Assembly (NCBI GenBank): GCA_964016885.1
Contig: OZ024753.1
Span: 44,454,001-44,518,000 of the forward strand
Source: Eledone cirrhosa
Taxonomy: Eukaryota
Length of the DNA: 64,000 nucleotides
Direction of reading: 5' to 3'
The position numbers and the translations under genes are program-made. This document shows positions 26,916 to 40,499 of the stretch, one piece after another (the stretch's first letter is position 1; the number at the start of each line of letters is the position of its first letter). The notes under the pieces are model-generated. The model searched no databases, was not told the origin of the DNA, and worked only from the letters and a program-made list of their open reading frames with translations.

Positions 26916-27690
26916 ATGTATGTATATCTATGTATGTATATGTATGTATATGTATGTATATGTATGTATATGTATATATGTATATGTATGTATGTATATG
27001 TATATATGTATATGGACAGAAACATTTGGATCAACCAAACTAGTTTAAATCGTCTTCTTAAATTTCAGCACCATTTCATAGCTGTCTCCTGGTGTACTCT
27101 TTATAAAGTCACTATTACTGAGCATTTAAATAACTTGGAGACATTAGTCTGCATATATATATATGTGTGTGTGTATATAGAATCTACAGAGCAATCAATG
27201 CCAGTCAATATACACACACACATATATATATATATAGAGAGAGAGAGAGATAGATATATGTATTTCTATATCTATCTATCTATCTATCTCTCTCTCTATA
27301 TATATATGTGTGTATATATACATATATATATACATATGTGTGTGTATGTGTACATATATGTATTTCTATATCTATCTATCTATATACACATACACCCACA
27401 CACACATATATATATATACATACACACACATATGTACACACACACATATATATATACATATATATATATTAAACTAAATGTACAATTAAACCAAAGACTA
27501 CATTAAAAACTTAATAAAAGTTTATTTCTGGGAGACATATAAAATATAGGAATGAAATACAGAAAATATATCATATGTCATTTGACTTCATTAGCCAGAT
27601 AATCAGCAAAGACAAACTAACTACAACTAAATATGTCTACCATACTATTAACTGGTATTAATGTCTACCATACTATTAGTTGGTATTAAT

Positions 27691-27805
27691 GAGTTCAAAT
27701 CCCGCCGATGTTGACTTTGCCTTTCATCCTTACGGGGTCGATAAAATAAAGTACCAGTAATGCACTGGGTAATTGCTGGCCTTGTGCCTAAAGTAGAAAC
27801 AATTA
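27691..27805 (+). mobile_element. family A SINE, 5' truncated, inside the minisatellite
   Basis: starts at the B box; ATTAAT on both sides. Confidence 0.9.
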
Positions 27806-28271
27806 ATGTCTACCATACTATTAGCTGGTATTAGTGTGTCTACCATAATATTAACTGGTATTAATGTCTACTATACTATTAGTTGGTATTAGTCTGTCTA
27901 CCATACTATTAACTGGTATTAATGTCTACTATACTATTAGTTGGTATTAGTGTGTCTACCATAATATTAACTGGTATTAATGTCTACTATACTATTAGTT
28001 GGTATTAGTCTGTCTACCATACTATTAACTGGTATTAATGTCTACTATACTATTAGTTGGTATTAGTGTGTCTACCATAATATTAGCTGGTATTAATGTC
28101 TACCATACTATTAGTTGGTATTAGTGTGTCTACCATAATATTAGCTGGTATTAATGTCTACCATACTATTAGTTGGTATTAGTGTGTCTACCATACTATT
28201 AGCTGGTATTAATGTCTACCATACTATTAGTTGGTATTAGTGTGTCTACCATACTATTAGCTGGTATTAAT

Positions 28272-28454
28272 GGATTGGCAGTATTGGTAGAGGGTCGGAA
28301 GCCATGCTTTCCAGCATAGTTACGTCCCTTTACGATTTGAGTTCAAATCCCGCCGAGGTCGACTTTGCCTTTCATCTTTACGGGGTCGATAAAATAAAGT
28401 ACCAGTAATGCACTGGGTAATTGCTGGCCTTGTGCCTAAAGTAGAAACAATTAA
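28272..28454 (+). mobile_element. full-length family A tRNA SINE
   Basis: TGGCAGTATTGGTAGAG A box, GAGTTCAAATCCC B box, Nin/Deu-like core, ATTAAT flanks. Confidence 0.9.
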
Positions 28455-29039
28455 TGTCTACTATACTATTAGTTGGTATTAGTGTGACTACCGGAACAGA
28501 TCAGCACCACCACCAACAACATCTTTGGGTGGAACGTGTCCTCGAGTACGGTTTGCTAATTTCTTGTGGAAGTAACTCTATACTAAAACCTTCCTATGGA
28601 CTAAGTGCTCTACTTACTATGAATATAACTCTACCTGTTTTTTAGCTCTTCATAAATATAAATAAATATATATATACACACAAATATACATACATACATA
28701 TATATTTGTGTGCATATTGAATTATTCATTATTTCTATATATTTGCTGAGAGTGGGGGTCTTTTTTGTTTATATTTTTTCCAGTATAATCAGAATTGTTT
28801 ATTTCTATTTTGATATCATGCCATTGTCTCTTCTCAAAATTCATAACTGTTAAGACATCTTTACCTGTTGCCAAATTTCTTGGACTTATTCACTTTCAAT
28901 ATCTTTAACCCTTTTATTTTAGATCTTTCTTGCCCTTCACAAATATATATTCTTACATACACTCACAATATATATATATATATATAAATAAGTGTATAAA
29001 TAAGTGTATACTCTTATATATGAGTGTATATATATACAA

Positions 29040-29103
29040 ATCAGGATGGATTCAGTTTGAAATGGCAAGAGCTCAGCCGTTAGCGTCCTGACTCTTTATA
29101 ATA

Positions 29104-29139
<36 letters not shown>

Positions 29140-29195
29140 GGAATGAGTAGGACCCCGACGGCTGAGCTCAAGCCATTTCGACGGCTAATTCCTTC

Positions 29196-29239
<44 letters not shown>

Positions 29240-29391
29240 GAAGGATTTGTGGTAAGGAACCAGATGGACCATAACGCACCAGATTACTAAATACTTAGGG
29301 TAGTAGAGTGGGTAATAGGAAAAAGTATGACCCCGTGGGCAGAGCTCAAGCCATTTCGACGGCTATTTCTGGACGCGTCATATTTTTTCCT
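29040..29391. mobile_element. cluster of three family C fragments separated by (TA)n
   Basis: GAAATGGC..GAGCTC(A/T)GCC motif at about 29059 (+), 29155-29180 (-) and 29335-29358 (-). Confidence 0.7.
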
Positions 29392-29639
29392 ATATATATA
29401 TATATATATATATAGAAACAAGATGGTGTAGGACAGAACAAAGGAGAGGCACAAAAACAAAGAAAAGAATCTCCAGTCACTGAAGAGGTCACAGAATGTA
29501 TATATATATATATAAAAGCCGACCTTACCCAACTACACCTCTCAAAGTCAATGACACACGACCGTGACTTCTGGCGTCACGCAGTAATACAGAGTACCCG
29601 ACCTCCCATGGGTACATGCTGAAGCATATAAACAATATG

Positions 29640-29921
29640 CCCCCACTCCCCCCACCGCAAGGTGGTCGTGGAGGTGCCACGGCAAAAAAAGCACCCAGCC
29701 CACACTGTAAAGTGGACGTGTAGGCGCCACGAAAAAGCACCCAGCACTCACTGTAAATGAGGTTGGTGTTAGGAAGGGCATCCAGCTGTAGAAATCAAGC
29801 CAAATCAGTTCCTGTATGAGCAAGGCATGGTCAGCCGACCAGACACTGCCCACAACAGGACAACCCGTCTAACCCATGCTAGCGTGGAAGAACGGACGTA
29901 AAACGGTGATGATGATGATGA
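29640..29921 (+). mobile_element. non-autonomous bipartite RTE-derived element
   Basis: two GGYGCCACG..AAAAAGCACCCAG units, GTTAGGAAGGGCATCCAGCTGTAGAAA, then an RTE-type end CCCATGCTAGCGTGGAAG..GGACGTAAAA(TGA)n. Confidence 0.7.
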
Positions 29922-30450
29922 TATACATACACATGAAGATGATGATGATACACATATATTTGTGTATACATATAGATATATTTATGCTCCTTACATGCAC
30001 ATTTACACATTAGAAGAAAAAAAAATAATCCTTTGCATCTTTCTAGAATTTGAATATGATATGTTTGACTGTCAAATAAAACAACATCTATATTGAACTG
30101 AAATGAAAAAGATATTTCCAATAATTTGTGATACTTCTCATTAGCTTATGGTTAAATTAATTTCCTGTTAGTTGTGTTACAACAAGAAATTTATTGATGT
30201 TCTCCTAGTAATATTAATTGACTGAAATTATTATTGGAATATAGTAACCCCACAGTTCAAAGAAGCTTCTACTTAACTATTAATATAAGGAGAATTACTC
30301 GGAAAATTTTAATTAAATAATAATTTTCAGGAAATATTAAACGGAAGTCAAGAAATGGTTCCATATAAAAGAAGGAATGTCTTTGAAGGAATATAATTTT
30401 ATGGTGTATTGGAATATATATATGTGTGTATATATAAATATATATATATA

Positions 30451-30498
<48 letters not shown>

Positions 30499-30930
30499 GA
30501 GAGAGCAAGATTGACAAGCAGAGACATAGCTAACTAGATAAATACGTATGTGTATATATATATGTATATATATATATATGCATGTATGTATATATGAATA
30601 TGTATATATATATATATACACACCCGCACATATACACACATATATTTGTGGGTGCATGTGAGTGTGTATGTGTGTGTGTGAAGGTATCGTAGTGGTATAG
30701 AAAGCAAATTTCATCCGACTAAATAATACGGTGCACATACATGTATGTATGCACAAAAATGAACATATGATGATGATGATGATGATACACACACACCCAT
30801 ATATATATATATACAAACACTATATAGATATAGATAGACAGATATAAACATATGTAGATAGATAGGTAGATGCACATATATATATTTATATATATATGTA
30901 TATTTTATTATATATATATATATAAATATT

Positions 30931-30974
<44 letters not shown>

Positions 30975-31083
30975 GTTATAATATATATATATTTATATTA
31001 TATATATATATATGTATATTTTATTATATATATATATTTATATTATATATATATATATGTATATGTTATAATATTTATATATT

Positions 31084-31127
<44 letters not shown>

Positions 31128-31933
31128 ATTTTATTATATATATATTTATATTATATTATATGTATATTTTATTATATATACATATATATATATACACATG
31201 TGCGTGTGTGTATCTATATACAGTTTTTTGTCTTCCTTTAATCTTTGCAGTAGGTCAGTTTTAATCTAAAGAAGGTCTTAAATATCTCCATTCACTGCTG
31301 TGTTTAGGTTTCTGTTAGTTTATAGAAAAGTTGTTTCGTAGTTTTATATTTTATAATTTTTATTTTTGTCATTTTTTTCAGAAATAACAAAAATAAAAAC
31401 CAATTATTTATTTGCACTAAATCGAGTAAAATGAAGAAGAATACTTCTAAGCTTTGGTATGGCTACTTGAATTAGGTGCCCAGGTAAAATAACAGAAAAC
31501 ACTATAAATATGATGAAATGTTTTCATTGATAGGTAGATTAGACAACTGAGGGTTACATACAAAGATCCTGGCTTCCTTTAACCATCTGAGGGTTCTGTG
31601 CCAACAATGCACCACATATTGTTATGCATGGGTGTGGATATGTGTGCATACAGCTAGATGTAGGAGCTAGAATTTCTGGAATATATACACAACACATGTG
31701 TGCATATGTTGAGCTCTGTTGGTCTTTCTGTCTGTTTGTGGTGCAGATTTACCTGGACTGAAGTAGGGTTGTAGTTAATGAATTTAGGCGACCTTCCCTG
31801 AGGGTTTCTTAGACATTATGGTATTTATGGAAGTAAATATATCCTATTTCACAGGTGAACTTATACACACAGAATCACAATCATAATATATATATATATA
31901 CATATATACACATGTACATATATATATATATAT

Positions 31934-32027
31934 AGTAATAATAATAAATTTGAAGACTAAAATCCAAAGAGGGCTCGATAAGGGTGAAAGCAGCGATTCT
32001 TTGCTTAAACTTTAATCTGTTATTTTA

Positions 32028-32031
<4 letters not shown>
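31934..32031. mobile_element. family D element, rearranged (inverted 3' end fused to a sense fragment)
   Basis: 31934-31983 is the reverse complement of 9959-10009, joined through TAAGG microhomology to the 9865-9921 sequence. Confidence 0.8.
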
Positions 32032-32072
<41 letters not shown>

Positions 32073-32684
32073 GTGTGTGTGTATGTAAAAGATAAGCAGA
32101 TAAAACAAAACAAATGACACAGTACATGGCAGAAATATATTAGTTTAATGCTTGATACTTTGATTCATTAATAGAGGATATGGAACAACACTGAAACAAA
32201 CTCCATCGTTTCATACATTAGAGAAATATTTATTGTAGTTTAATGTGGACATTGTTTAGCCTCAAGTCAAACTTGATGAAACAGATCTATGATCAAAAGT
32301 GAACCCTTCATGATTAATATCTGTGTGTGCCTCTGTGTGTGTGTGTGTGTATGTGTGCATGTTTGTATGTGTGTGTTTGTGTATGTATATGTGTGTGTGT
32401 GTGTGTGTGTGTTTGTATGTGTGTGTGTGTTTGTGTGTGTATATGTGTTTGTGTGTGTATATGTGAGTGTGTGTTTGTGTGTCTGTGTGTTTTCTTCACA
32501 TGTGTGTTTGTGTCTGTGTATGTTTGTGTGCATGTGCGTCTGTGTGAACCTGTGTGTGGATATTCACGTGTGTATGTGTGTGTGTTCATGTGTCTGTGTA
32601 CGTGTGTGTGTGTGTGTGTGTGAATCTGTGTGTGTGTTCATGTGTTTGTTTGTGTGTGTATGCATGTTTTAGACTTGTAAATTC

Positions 32685-32950
32685 CAACGGTTGCTTGACC
32701 AATGGAACAGCCAGTTCATGAAATTAATCCACAAGTGGCTGAGCATTCCACAGAAATGTGTACCCTTAACGTAGTTCTCAGGGAGATTCAGCATGAGACA
32801 GTGTGCTGACCCTTTGAATTACAGCTACAATTCATACTTTCCAGCTGAATGGATAGAAGCAACATGAAATATAGTGTCTTGCTGGAAATAGAACCTATGA
32901 TCACACAATCCTAAGCCCAATCACTCTAACCAGAACAACATATGCCTTTA
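32685..32950 (-). mobile_element. diverged family B SINE with another tail type
   Basis: AGCAACATGAAATATAGTGTCTTGCT CORE remnant; tail TACCCTTAACGTAGTTCTCAGGGAGATTCAGC. Confidence 0.55.
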
Positions 32951-32984
32951 CATCATAATTACTACAGCTTTTGCATATATATGG

Positions 32985-33200
32985 TGGGAGGGTCCTGAAA
33001 AGTTCTTGGCTTGATCGCTGCTACAGAGGCTTGGATGGCGACCCAACCTTCTGAGTTCTTTTTACAATGTTTAGAAAAAACGGAAGGTCTGCTACAATAA
33101 CTGTGTGAATCTGTGAGAGGAATAAGTTGAATAAAATCATAATTAACTGATCCTCCTATATTTTCTTTTCCCCAAACCCAGGAACTTTTCATCACCCCCT
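32985..33200 (+). mobile_element. Tc1/mariner-derived non-autonomous element
   Basis: inverted ends TGAAAAGTTCTTGG / CCAGGAACTTTTCA, TA flanks, degenerate transposase end (CV.L...VE*). Confidence 0.6.
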
Positions 33201-33811
33201 TATATATCTAAGTCTACAATATCTAATTTGTCCTTCCTTTATTAATATGATTGGTGAGATTTGATGGAGATTTGGTTGCTATTTTGAGCATGTAGGCCTT
33301 TCTTTATCAGCTTGACCTTAGTATAGTTGTTGCCCTAGGTGGACATGAACATCTATTTATAAACAACCACTGTTGATGCCAAATCTCCATTTCCTGACCT
33401 TCACCCCAATCTGGTTATTGCTCTACAACAAACACTTTATTTTAATTCATTAGGAAATTCATGACTTGATGTTGTCTCCTCAGTATTTTCAATATTCATT
33501 AGCAACCAGGCATGCAGTCATCTGATGTGCTAATGTGTAATCATTGACTAATTAATTATTTAAATTCGATGACTCTGTCACATACATTTGCAAAGTCAAT
33601 TTAATTTAATCATATGCAAAAATATTTCCCCTAATCCATATTGTATTAACCACATTATTTAAATGAGGTGACTGGCACCATTGGATATCATAAAAGGCCT
33701 CACATGACTATAATATTGTCATTAACTTAATCTAAACCTGTAAAAGGAGTCCACCTGTTTAATTAACACTGCGCTTAACTAACAATTTAACATGACTTTT
33801 TTTTAAACATA

Positions 33812-34125
33812 TTCATCATCTTTTCCCATCCAATTTTCTATGTTGTATGGGTTGGATGGATCTTTTCCAACATAGCTTTTTCAACATATCTTTTCTTTCC
33901 AGCAGATGTATTCCTTTGATATTTCCTTTCTAAGGGAGAGAATTTTGAGATCTACTCTCACCACTTCTATGCAGGTTTTTGTCAGTTTTTTCTGCTACTG
34001 TAACTGAGATACTTTGGTACTTCTTCACCCAATAACCATCATCCATGTGCAGTATTTGTCAATGCCAGTGAAATCTTCTCACAATACATCATTCTTCTCG
34101 TACACACTTTTTCTCTCACACATCT
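33812..34125 (-). mobile_element. degenerate RTE LINE 3' fragment
   Basis: minus strand reads RFHWH*QILHMDDGYWVKKYQ, similar to RLRWYGHVMRMEDDRWVKKCQ at 35430. Confidence 0.6.
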
Positions 34126-34167
34126 ATGCGAAGATGTTCAGATAATTTTAAAGGTATATGATTCATT

Positions 34168-34403
34168 GGTGTCATGACAAAAAGCATCATGCCCACACTT
34201 AAATGTGGTTGTGTAGATGACATGGCAAAAAGCACCCAGTCCACACTGTAAATGTGGTTGTGTAGGTGACATGACAAAAAGCATCGTGTCCACACTTGAA
34301 TATGGTTGTGTAGGTGACACGGAAAAAAGCTCCCAGTTCACACTGTAAATGTGGTTGGCATTAGGAAGGGCATCCAGTCGTAGAAACCAAGCCAGAACCA
34401 GTT
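34168..34403 (+). mobile_element. RTE-related element fragment with four ~48-bp tandem units
   Basis: AAAAAGCA..CCACACT..TGTGGTTG x4 upstream of TTAGGAAGGGCATCCAG. Confidence 0.7.
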
Positions 34404-35339
34404 AAAATATTTGTGGTGATGATGGTGATGATAATGGTGGCAGTAATTGTTGTGGTGATTCTTGTTGTTGCCGTGGTGGTTGTTGTCATGTTGATGATGA
34501 TGGTTATGTTGGTGGTGATGATGGTGATAATGATAATGATGGCGATGATGATGGTGATAATGATGACAGTGACGATGTCGATGATGATGGTGATTATGTT
34601 GGCCTCCTCCTCTTGATGATGCCCATTGTAAATCATAACAGTTATATTAATTGTTCTCATATTTGGTGCGAATAACGTTTCATTGACAGACAGCACCACT
34701 TGCAAGAAATTTCAAACTATTTCCTGCAGAGCTAAAGAATTCTATAAGGATTTTATAGCTTGATTCTCCAATATTCTCCAATATTCTCTGGTATGACAGC
34801 TTAATCTTAATGCCACATTTATGTTTTCTTATATTTATCATTTATGATTGTTATGCAGCTGAAGATTCTTAGAATCTTTTTCAGAACACTTGGAGATATA
34901 TCAAATGGTATTTAGTGTTTTCGAAGCACTGCTTTAACTCTTTGATTTACCATTTAACCAACAAAAGAAATTGCCTACGATTTTCGAATAATATTGAAAA
35001 TAATCAGGGTTCTGGAAGGATTTGGTAATATAACTAACTTTCGCATTATTAAAATGGTATTTAGAACATAACTAAACAAAGGTTGTTACATGAAATTATA
35101 ATGGAAGGTTTTAATGATAGATAAATAAAAACCGTTTAAAATAACAGCTTTGTATCATAGAATCAGAAGTAGTTTCATGTGGTTTGGTATATATATATAT
35201 ATATATATGGACAAGGTGTTAAATTTTCATTATATTTATGAAGGTGTGACATGTGTTTCACAATTGATCAGCTCAAAGTTTGATTTGGGTTGATTGGGCC
35301 TGACTCTGGAATAAAAAAACTCATCAGACCTCTGTTATC

Positions 35340-35684
35340 GTAATGTGCAATGTCAATGTACGTGAACAGCCAAACAGATGAGTTTAGAGAAAAACTCAGT
35401 ATAAGAAGAATAAGTTGTGGTGTGCGGGAGAGAAGACTACGATGGTATGGACATGTGATGCGCATGGAGGATGACCGCTGGGTAAAGAAATGCCAAGAAA
35501 TGCCAGTAGAAGGAAGACCACGAAAAACATGGGCGAAGGTGGTGAGAGCAGACCTCAGATCGCTGAAGCTCACAGAGGAAATGACGAAGGACCGTGACAA
35601 GTGGAGAGATGCTGTGCTGAATAAGACCCGTCCCACCCTTGCAAGCAGGGAAAAGCGGACTTAAAATGATGATGATGATGATGA
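35340..35684 (+). mobile_element. RTE LINE 3' fragment with open C-terminal ORF and (TGA)n tail
   Basis: ORF 35350-35664 contains RRLRWYGHVMRME..GRPRKTW..DRDKWR, typical of the RTE C-terminus. Confidence 0.9.
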
Positions 35685-35990
35685 TATATATTATATATAT
35701 ACATTATATATACATTATACATACATATATATACACCAACATTTAGACTACTTGATTGGATGGTAGAGGAAATGTGAGCCATTGATGTTAAACCAGAAAT
35801 GTTCTAACTAGTTCTGGAAATTTCTACATCCACAACTAGTTGAAATATAAACTAGGATTTAGAAGCTTTGCATTGATCGAAAGTCTTTGAAATTTGCCTT
35901 ATATTCCTTCAACAACACCTACTTAGAAACATACAGACACACATACATACACAGACAGACACACACACACATGCATACACATACATACAC

Positions 35991-36030
<40 letters not shown>

Positions 36031-36137
36031 GTATGTATATATATATATATATACACACATGCATACATAAATACATATATATATACACACACACATACAT
36101 ACACACATGTACACACTTACATACACATACATACATG

Positions 36138-36239
<102 letters not shown>

Positions 36240-36761
36240 TATTCACACATACATACGTATGTATATGTATATATATATATATATATACACACACATGGAT
36301 ACATAAATACGTATATATATATACACACACACACACAAACATGCATACATACATATATATGCATACATACACATGTACACACTTACATACACGCATACAT
36401 ACACATATCCCCGCAGAAGATGAGCTTTCAAACAGTTTCTGTGAAGTAAAGTCCTTCCCTCTGCTGAGTGCAGGAAAATATATATTGATGTGAATATGAT
36501 GACCTAAATCAAGGTGGCGCCCTCATGTGACCACAATCTAATGCCTAAAACCAGTAAAAGAATAAAAGAATGGAATAATAAGATTGATTTCTTGCCATTC
36601 TATGGAAATGGTTACTGGGTGCAGTTTTTCCTGTTGTACAGATATATAAAAAACATCAAAATAATTGGGCAGGAAAAAAATCGAATGCTATTTTAGTCTG
36701 TTTCTTTGAAGAGAGTCCCTTGTCTCTTCCTTGGTTTTTGTGTGCCTGTGTGTGTGTGTCT

Positions 36762-36793
<32 letters not shown>

Positions 36794-37350
36794 CTGTGTC
36801 TGTGTGTCTGTGTGTACATGAGTGTGTTGTCTGTGTACATGTATTTGTGTCTGTGTGTTCTTGTGTGTATGTTTGTCTGTGTGCGTATGTGTCTGTCTTT
36901 GTCTGTGTGTATTTTTGTTTGTGTGTGTGTGTGTGTGTGTGTGTCTTTGTGTGTATGTGTCTGTGTCTTTGTCTGTGTCTTTGTGGTGGTGTCTCTACGT
37001 GTCCTTGTCAATGGCTGGGTGTGTGTGAGAGAGAGAGAGAGAGAATGAGAGAGCCTATGTGTGTCTGAGCATGTGTGTGTGTCTGTGTAGGGCGTCTGAG
37101 ATATACTTTAGATAAGGAATAGAAAGCTATAGTATATGTTTAATCATAAATCACGAGGAAAGGTAATTCAATCACAAGTGGTTAGAATCAAGAGTGTTGA
37201 GTTGAAATGAATTAACTTTTAAACATGTTGTTGAGAGATTCAATTCTATTGATGCAGGCTTTACAATCACCTGCTCCACAGAGGAAGACAGAAGTTATTG
37301 TAGAGTTTTTCTGAAGGAATAAAATACATTTCTGGTTAGAAAGAATATAT

Positions 37351-38117
37351 AGGAAACTGATAGGAACTGATCATCAGATAAGACTATCAAAACAAGGTTT
37401 CCATTGGTCTTTTCATTGCTGATCAGAGGAAACTGAAAGGAACTGATCATCAGATAAGACTATCAAAACAAGGTTTCCATTGGTCTTTTCATTGCTGATC
37501 AGAGGAAACTGAGAGGAACTGATCATCAGATAAGACTATCAAAACAAGGTTTCCATTGGTCTTTTCATTGCTGATCAGAGGAAACTGAAAGGAACTGATC
37601 ATCAGATAAGACTATCAAAACAAGGTTTCCATTGGTCTTTTCATTGCTGATCAGAGGAAACTGAGAGGAACTGATCATCAGATAAGACTATCAAAACAAG
37701 GTTTCCATTGGTCTTTTCATTGCTGATCAGAGGAAACTGAAAGGAACTGATCATCAGATAAGACTATCAAAACAAGGTTTCCATCAGTCTTTTCATTGCT
37801 GATCAGAGGAAACTGAGAGGAACTGATCATTAGATAAGACTATCAAAACAAAGTTTCCATTGGTCTTTTCATTGTTGATCAGAGGAAACTGAGAGGAACT
37901 GATCATCAGATAAGACTATCAAAACAAGGTTTCCATTGGTCTTTTCATTGCTGATCAGAGGAAACTGAGAGGAACTGATCATCAGATAAGACTATCAAAA
38001 CAAGGTTTCCATTGGTCTTTTCATTGTTGATCAGAGGAAACTGAGAGGAACTGATCATCAGATAAGACTATCAAAACAAGGTTTCCATTGGTCTCTTCAT
38101 TGCTGATCAGAGGAAAA
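37351..38117. repeat. 76-bp satellite, about 10 copies, degenerating to about 38460
   Basis: unit GGAACTGATCATCAGATAAGACTATCAAAACAAGGTTTCCATTGGTCTTTTCATTGCTGATCAGAGGAAACTGARA. Confidence 0.95.
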
Positions 38118-38756
38118 GAGAGGAACAAAGCTGATCATCAGATAAGACCAAGAAAATGATGTTTTCATCAGATCAGACGAAGAAAACAATGTTTTCATCA
38201 GTCTTTTCATCATTGATTAGAAGAAAAGAGAGGAACTGATCATCAGATAAGACTATCAAAACAATGTTTCCATTGGTCTTTTCATCGCTGATCAGAGAAA
38301 ATGAGAGGAATGAAACTGATCATCAGATAAGACCAAGAAATCATTTTCATTTGTTTTTCTACTGCGGATTCTATCTGATGTTCACAACTGCTGACAGAAG
38401 AAAAGAAAGGAGTAGGTCATCAGATCAGACCAAGGAAACAATATTTCCATTGGTCTGTCCATTCTTTATAGTACCTGTCTCAATTCCTGGCAAAAGAAGC
38501 AATGTTTGAATCATTAAATCTGATGCTCTAATGATTCTGCCAATTTCTCATGTTATTATTATGTAAATTATTCTCTGACATTTAATAATAAAATATATTT
38601 ATGTTTGAATGTCTGTACAGTCAAGACATGAAGCAAATGTTACAAGTTTATATGTTAGATTCATACACATTTAAAAAGAAGGAAAGGAGTCAACCAGCAG
38701 ATCAGACTAAGGAAGCACTGTCTCCATTGGTCTCTCCATTGCTGAGTAGAAATAAA

Positions 38757-38806
<50 letters not shown>

Positions 38807-38866
38807 GAGTTCTACACCTCTACCTTCACCTAAACTAACAATAAAATACAAAACATACCATTTTAA

Positions 38867-39075
38867 ACCCTTTAGCATTTATATTACTCTATATATACAA
38901 CTATATTTTCATGGTAAAGGCTTTATCTCACATGATATCGAATCTCTGAGATTTTGATATTATTTATGTTGAGAACAATACCTTAACATCAGTATGAGTG
39001 GCCAGTTACAGCTGGTTTGAATAGAAAGAGGTCAGAGAATGGTGGCCGGACATGGCCGGTTTAAATGCTAAAGGG
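38867..39075 (+). mobile_element. piggyBac-like MITE
   Basis: TIR CCCTTTAGCATTTA / TAAATGCTAAAGGG with TTAA-type flanks. Confidence 0.8.
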
Positions 39076-40114
39076 TTAAACAACTATTGTCTCGTTCATG
39101 GTATTTTAATATAGTCAGTCCTCTATAGCCTACTTTTCTTACCTTGCCTTGAACTCCACACACTACAAACTACACAACTCACTAGACATATATATATATA
39201 TACAAGTATAAGGAGCCAACGATTGGACAAAGAAAACAATGTTTCCATTGGTTTTTCTATTGCTGATATTATCTACTGGTTACAACTGGTGGCAGAATGA
39301 ATAATGTAAAATAAATTATTTTGTTCAAGATCAACACACAATCCATTCCAGAAATCAAACCCACGACTTTATGATTTTCAGTCCAACACACTTACCACTA
39401 GACCACATACCACCACAACAAAGAAATAATACAAATATTACAGAATAATAATAATAACAACATCAACAACAACAACAATAATAATAATGATTTCTAATAT
39501 AGCTACTACTACTAATAATAATAATAAGCTTTTTATACAGAAAATAGTGTTTTTAGGATTGGAGATTTCTTTGTGAACCAGAAGATATTTTTTATAGGAT
39601 CAATTGTTATGGTGACTGAGTTGATAAAGCAATGAGAAGAGTGGGATTATTTCTGATCCCTGAGAAGGGATTTTAAGGATCAGTGCTTTGTTCTAGACTC
39701 AAGATGTTAAGTGAATGAGAAGTAAAAATAATCCTAGATTTTTTTCTCACTTAGCATTCATAGATAACCTGGTACCTCTTCTTGCTGTGTAAGTGAACTG
39801 GGGTAGAAACAATTAAATGCATGGTTCAAATATAACTTGGATTTTCTCATATTGTTCATTGTATGTAGTAAGTCATAGTGAAATAAAATATTTTGTTGAG
39901 AACGCTCATTGCTATAGCAGTGGTGAGAAAAGCTAATCATTGCTCATGGGGTTGTTGAATATTATATTAACATTCATGGATCTCAAATATTTAAGGCAGG
40001 TTTCAACATACACAAACTCACACTGATACATATATACACACACATATATATATATATGTACTTATATATATAAAAATGCATATATATGTAAGCATGTGTA
40101 CATATATGTGTGTG

Positions 40115-40310
40115 TGTCCTGGGTTCAATCAGGAGTAATCACAGTAAGTAAAGTACTCAATACATAAGTAGAGTGTAAACAATGTTTAATATAGAAAATG
40201 CTTCTACAGGATTAGAACTGATTCATTTAAAAGATATCGCCAGGAAAGTCTGATTATTTCTTTTGAATGAAACATTTCTAGTCCTGTAGAAGCCATTTCT
40301 ATATTAAACA
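40115..40310. mobile_element. family E element with imperfect inverted repeat (40183-40310)
   Basis: arms TGTTTAATATAGAAA..CTTCTACAGGA / TCCTGTAGAAG..TTTCTATATTAAACA; homologous to 62520-62700. Confidence 0.65.
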
Positions 40311-40361
40311 TCATACACAGACACAGACACACACACACACACACACAGACACACACACAGA

Positions 40362-40499
<138 letters not shown>

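Larger units (their letters stand above)
27632..28486. repeat. 28/30-bp alternating minisatellite (58-bp dimer) interrupted by two SINEs
   Basis: TGTCTACYATAMTATTARYTGGTATTA units with 28/30 periodicity. Confidence 0.9.

Noticed and set aside
37351-38117. Tandem hammerheads in the 76-bp satellite (minus strand has CUGAUGA and GAAA in every unit)
   Set aside because: No stem I can be formed and stem II does not abut GAAA
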